Positions 6,959-7,645 of a stretch of DNA of 7,645 bases are shown one piece after another. The translations under genes were made by a program, and so were the position numbers. Within the stretch, counting starts at the first letter, position 1, and each line of letters opens with the position of its first letter. The DNA comes from Azolla caroliniana (taxonomy: Eukaryota > Plantae > Polypodiophyta): the NCBI GenBank assembly GCA_043228905.1, contig JBHGNT010001483.1, forward strand, positions 1 to 7,645. The letters are read 5' to 3'. Under the pieces are notes generated by a model. The model saw only the letters and a list, made by a program, of their open reading frames with translations. It had not been told where the DNA came from and made no database searches.

Positions 6959-7015
6959 TAGCAAATTTACATGAAACCAGAAAAGGCGTGCAAACACAGT
7001 AGAAGCGACTGGAGA

Positions 7016-7071
7016 CGAGACACAGATACAGTCACAGTCACAGATCGAGATCGAGATCGAGATCGAGAACG
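7016..7071. repeat. Compound hexamer microsatellite (ACAGAT/ACAGTC units then (AGATCG)4) in the RIC1 proximal promoter or 5' UTR
   Basis: A 6-nt register is kept for about nine units. Confidence 0.9.
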
Positions 7072-7075
7072 ATCC

Positions 7076-7186
7076 ATGGTAGCTTGTGGTTCACCAGAAG
7101 ATATCTTCCCTATACACGGTTTGATAGAGAAGATACTGGCATACAGATGCCGTGCCATATCTCTGGTAGCCATACCTTCTGATTAG
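7076..7186 (+). promoter_or_regulatory. Candidate 36-codon uORF upstream of RIC1 (a second, 11-codon uORF lies at 7147-7182)
   Basis: CCATGG start; MVACGSPEDIFPIHGLIEKILAYRCRAISLVAIPSD*; the stop is 34 nt before the RIC1 ATG. The TSS is unknown. Confidence 0.35.
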
Positions 7187-7220
7187 GCCTCCTTTTTTCT
7201 TTTGGCAAAGAAGGAACAGG

Positions 7221-7361
7221 ATGTATATCGCTTATGGATGGCCCAAGCTTCTCTCCACAGCATCCCCTTCTCCTGAAGACGTCGTTGTTTATCTTAGAGC
7301 TTCCAGTGGCCTCCTCCTTCTCGTCTCTTCATCGCATCTTGAAGTGTGGAGCACTTTACAG
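7221..7361 (+). CDS. RIC1: First coding exon (47 codons, phase 0) of a RIC1 homologue, guanine-nucleotide exchange factor subunit for Rab6/Ypt6 (RAB-H)
   Basis: MYIAYGWPKLLSTASPSPEDVVVYLRASSGLLLLVSSSHLEVWSTLQ matches the plant RIC1 N-terminus as I recall it (MYMAYGWPQ...VVYLK....LLLVVSPSHLELW...Q). Similarity and GC content drop at the CAG|GTTTAT donor. Confidence 0.92.
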
Positions 7362-7645
7362 GTTTATTTCCTCTTAATTATATTATATTATTTTCTTCCT
7401 TACCCGCGACCTCTTTGAGCATGTATTCTGTGTTGCAAATCCCTTTTCAGTAATTGATCTCATGAGAATAGGTATATTAATTGATCAGATCTGACCTCTG
7501 GTTTCAAATTAGCTAGCTCCACTTGTCCATCTCAGGTGAAATCTTAGCCAGGACAAAGCAATTCCATTTTTATCCTTATCAGGGAAATGCTTCATTTTTG
7601 GGAACTAGAATTTTGAATAAACAAGTTCTTTGTGCTTGTTTCATG
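7362..7645 (+). other. RIC1 intron after the first coding exon (continues beyond the window)
   Basis: GT donor at 7362, U-rich sequence, and no recognisable RIC1 continuation in any frame. Confidence 0.8.

Noticed and set aside
6726-6974. 82-aa + strand ORF
   Set aside because: GTG start; low-complexity AT-rich promoter sequence.
6967-7186. SR-protein-like (RSRSRS) minus ORF and RD-repeat plus ORF
   Set aside because: The dipeptide repeats are simply translations of the hexamer microsatellite, and there is no RRM.
7090-7285. SPED motif shared by the uORF and RIC1 exon 1
   Set aside because: Only about 12 of 16 nt match, with no extension; compatible with chance.
7362-7418. C-terminal 18 aa of the 7221..7418 ORF as a hydrophobic small protein
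   Set aside because: Read-through into the U-rich intron after the CAG|GT donor.

Overview
AT-rich eukaryotic genomic DNA from a land plant. A fern or other non-angiosperm is my guess from the style of the TEs, and it is not provable here. Two host genes lie on the + strand: the last coding exon of a mitochondrial LYR-motif protein of the LYRM2 type (2770-2909, missed by the ORF track) and the first coding exon of a RIC1 (Ric1-Rgp1 Rab6/RAB-H GEF subunit) homologue (7221-7361). The LYRM2 intron is almost filled by a decayed antisense LINE (APE endonuclease + RT, 159-2744). This LINE is bracketed by (GA)n tracts and ends about 25 nt from the splice acceptor. The intergenic stretch holds microhomology-bounded tandem duplications, a degraded Ty3/gypsy 3' end, a one-sided Mutator-like TIR remnant, a 315-bp non-autonomous hAT element with a perfect 21-bp hairpin, a possible Helitron 3' end and candidate uORFs ahead of RIC1. 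I see no prokaryotic system, CRISPR array or RNA gene, and nothing that demonstrates a new biological system. The best lead is a possibly GA-microsatellite-targeting LINE family. All family calls come from motif recognition by eye; no database search was run.
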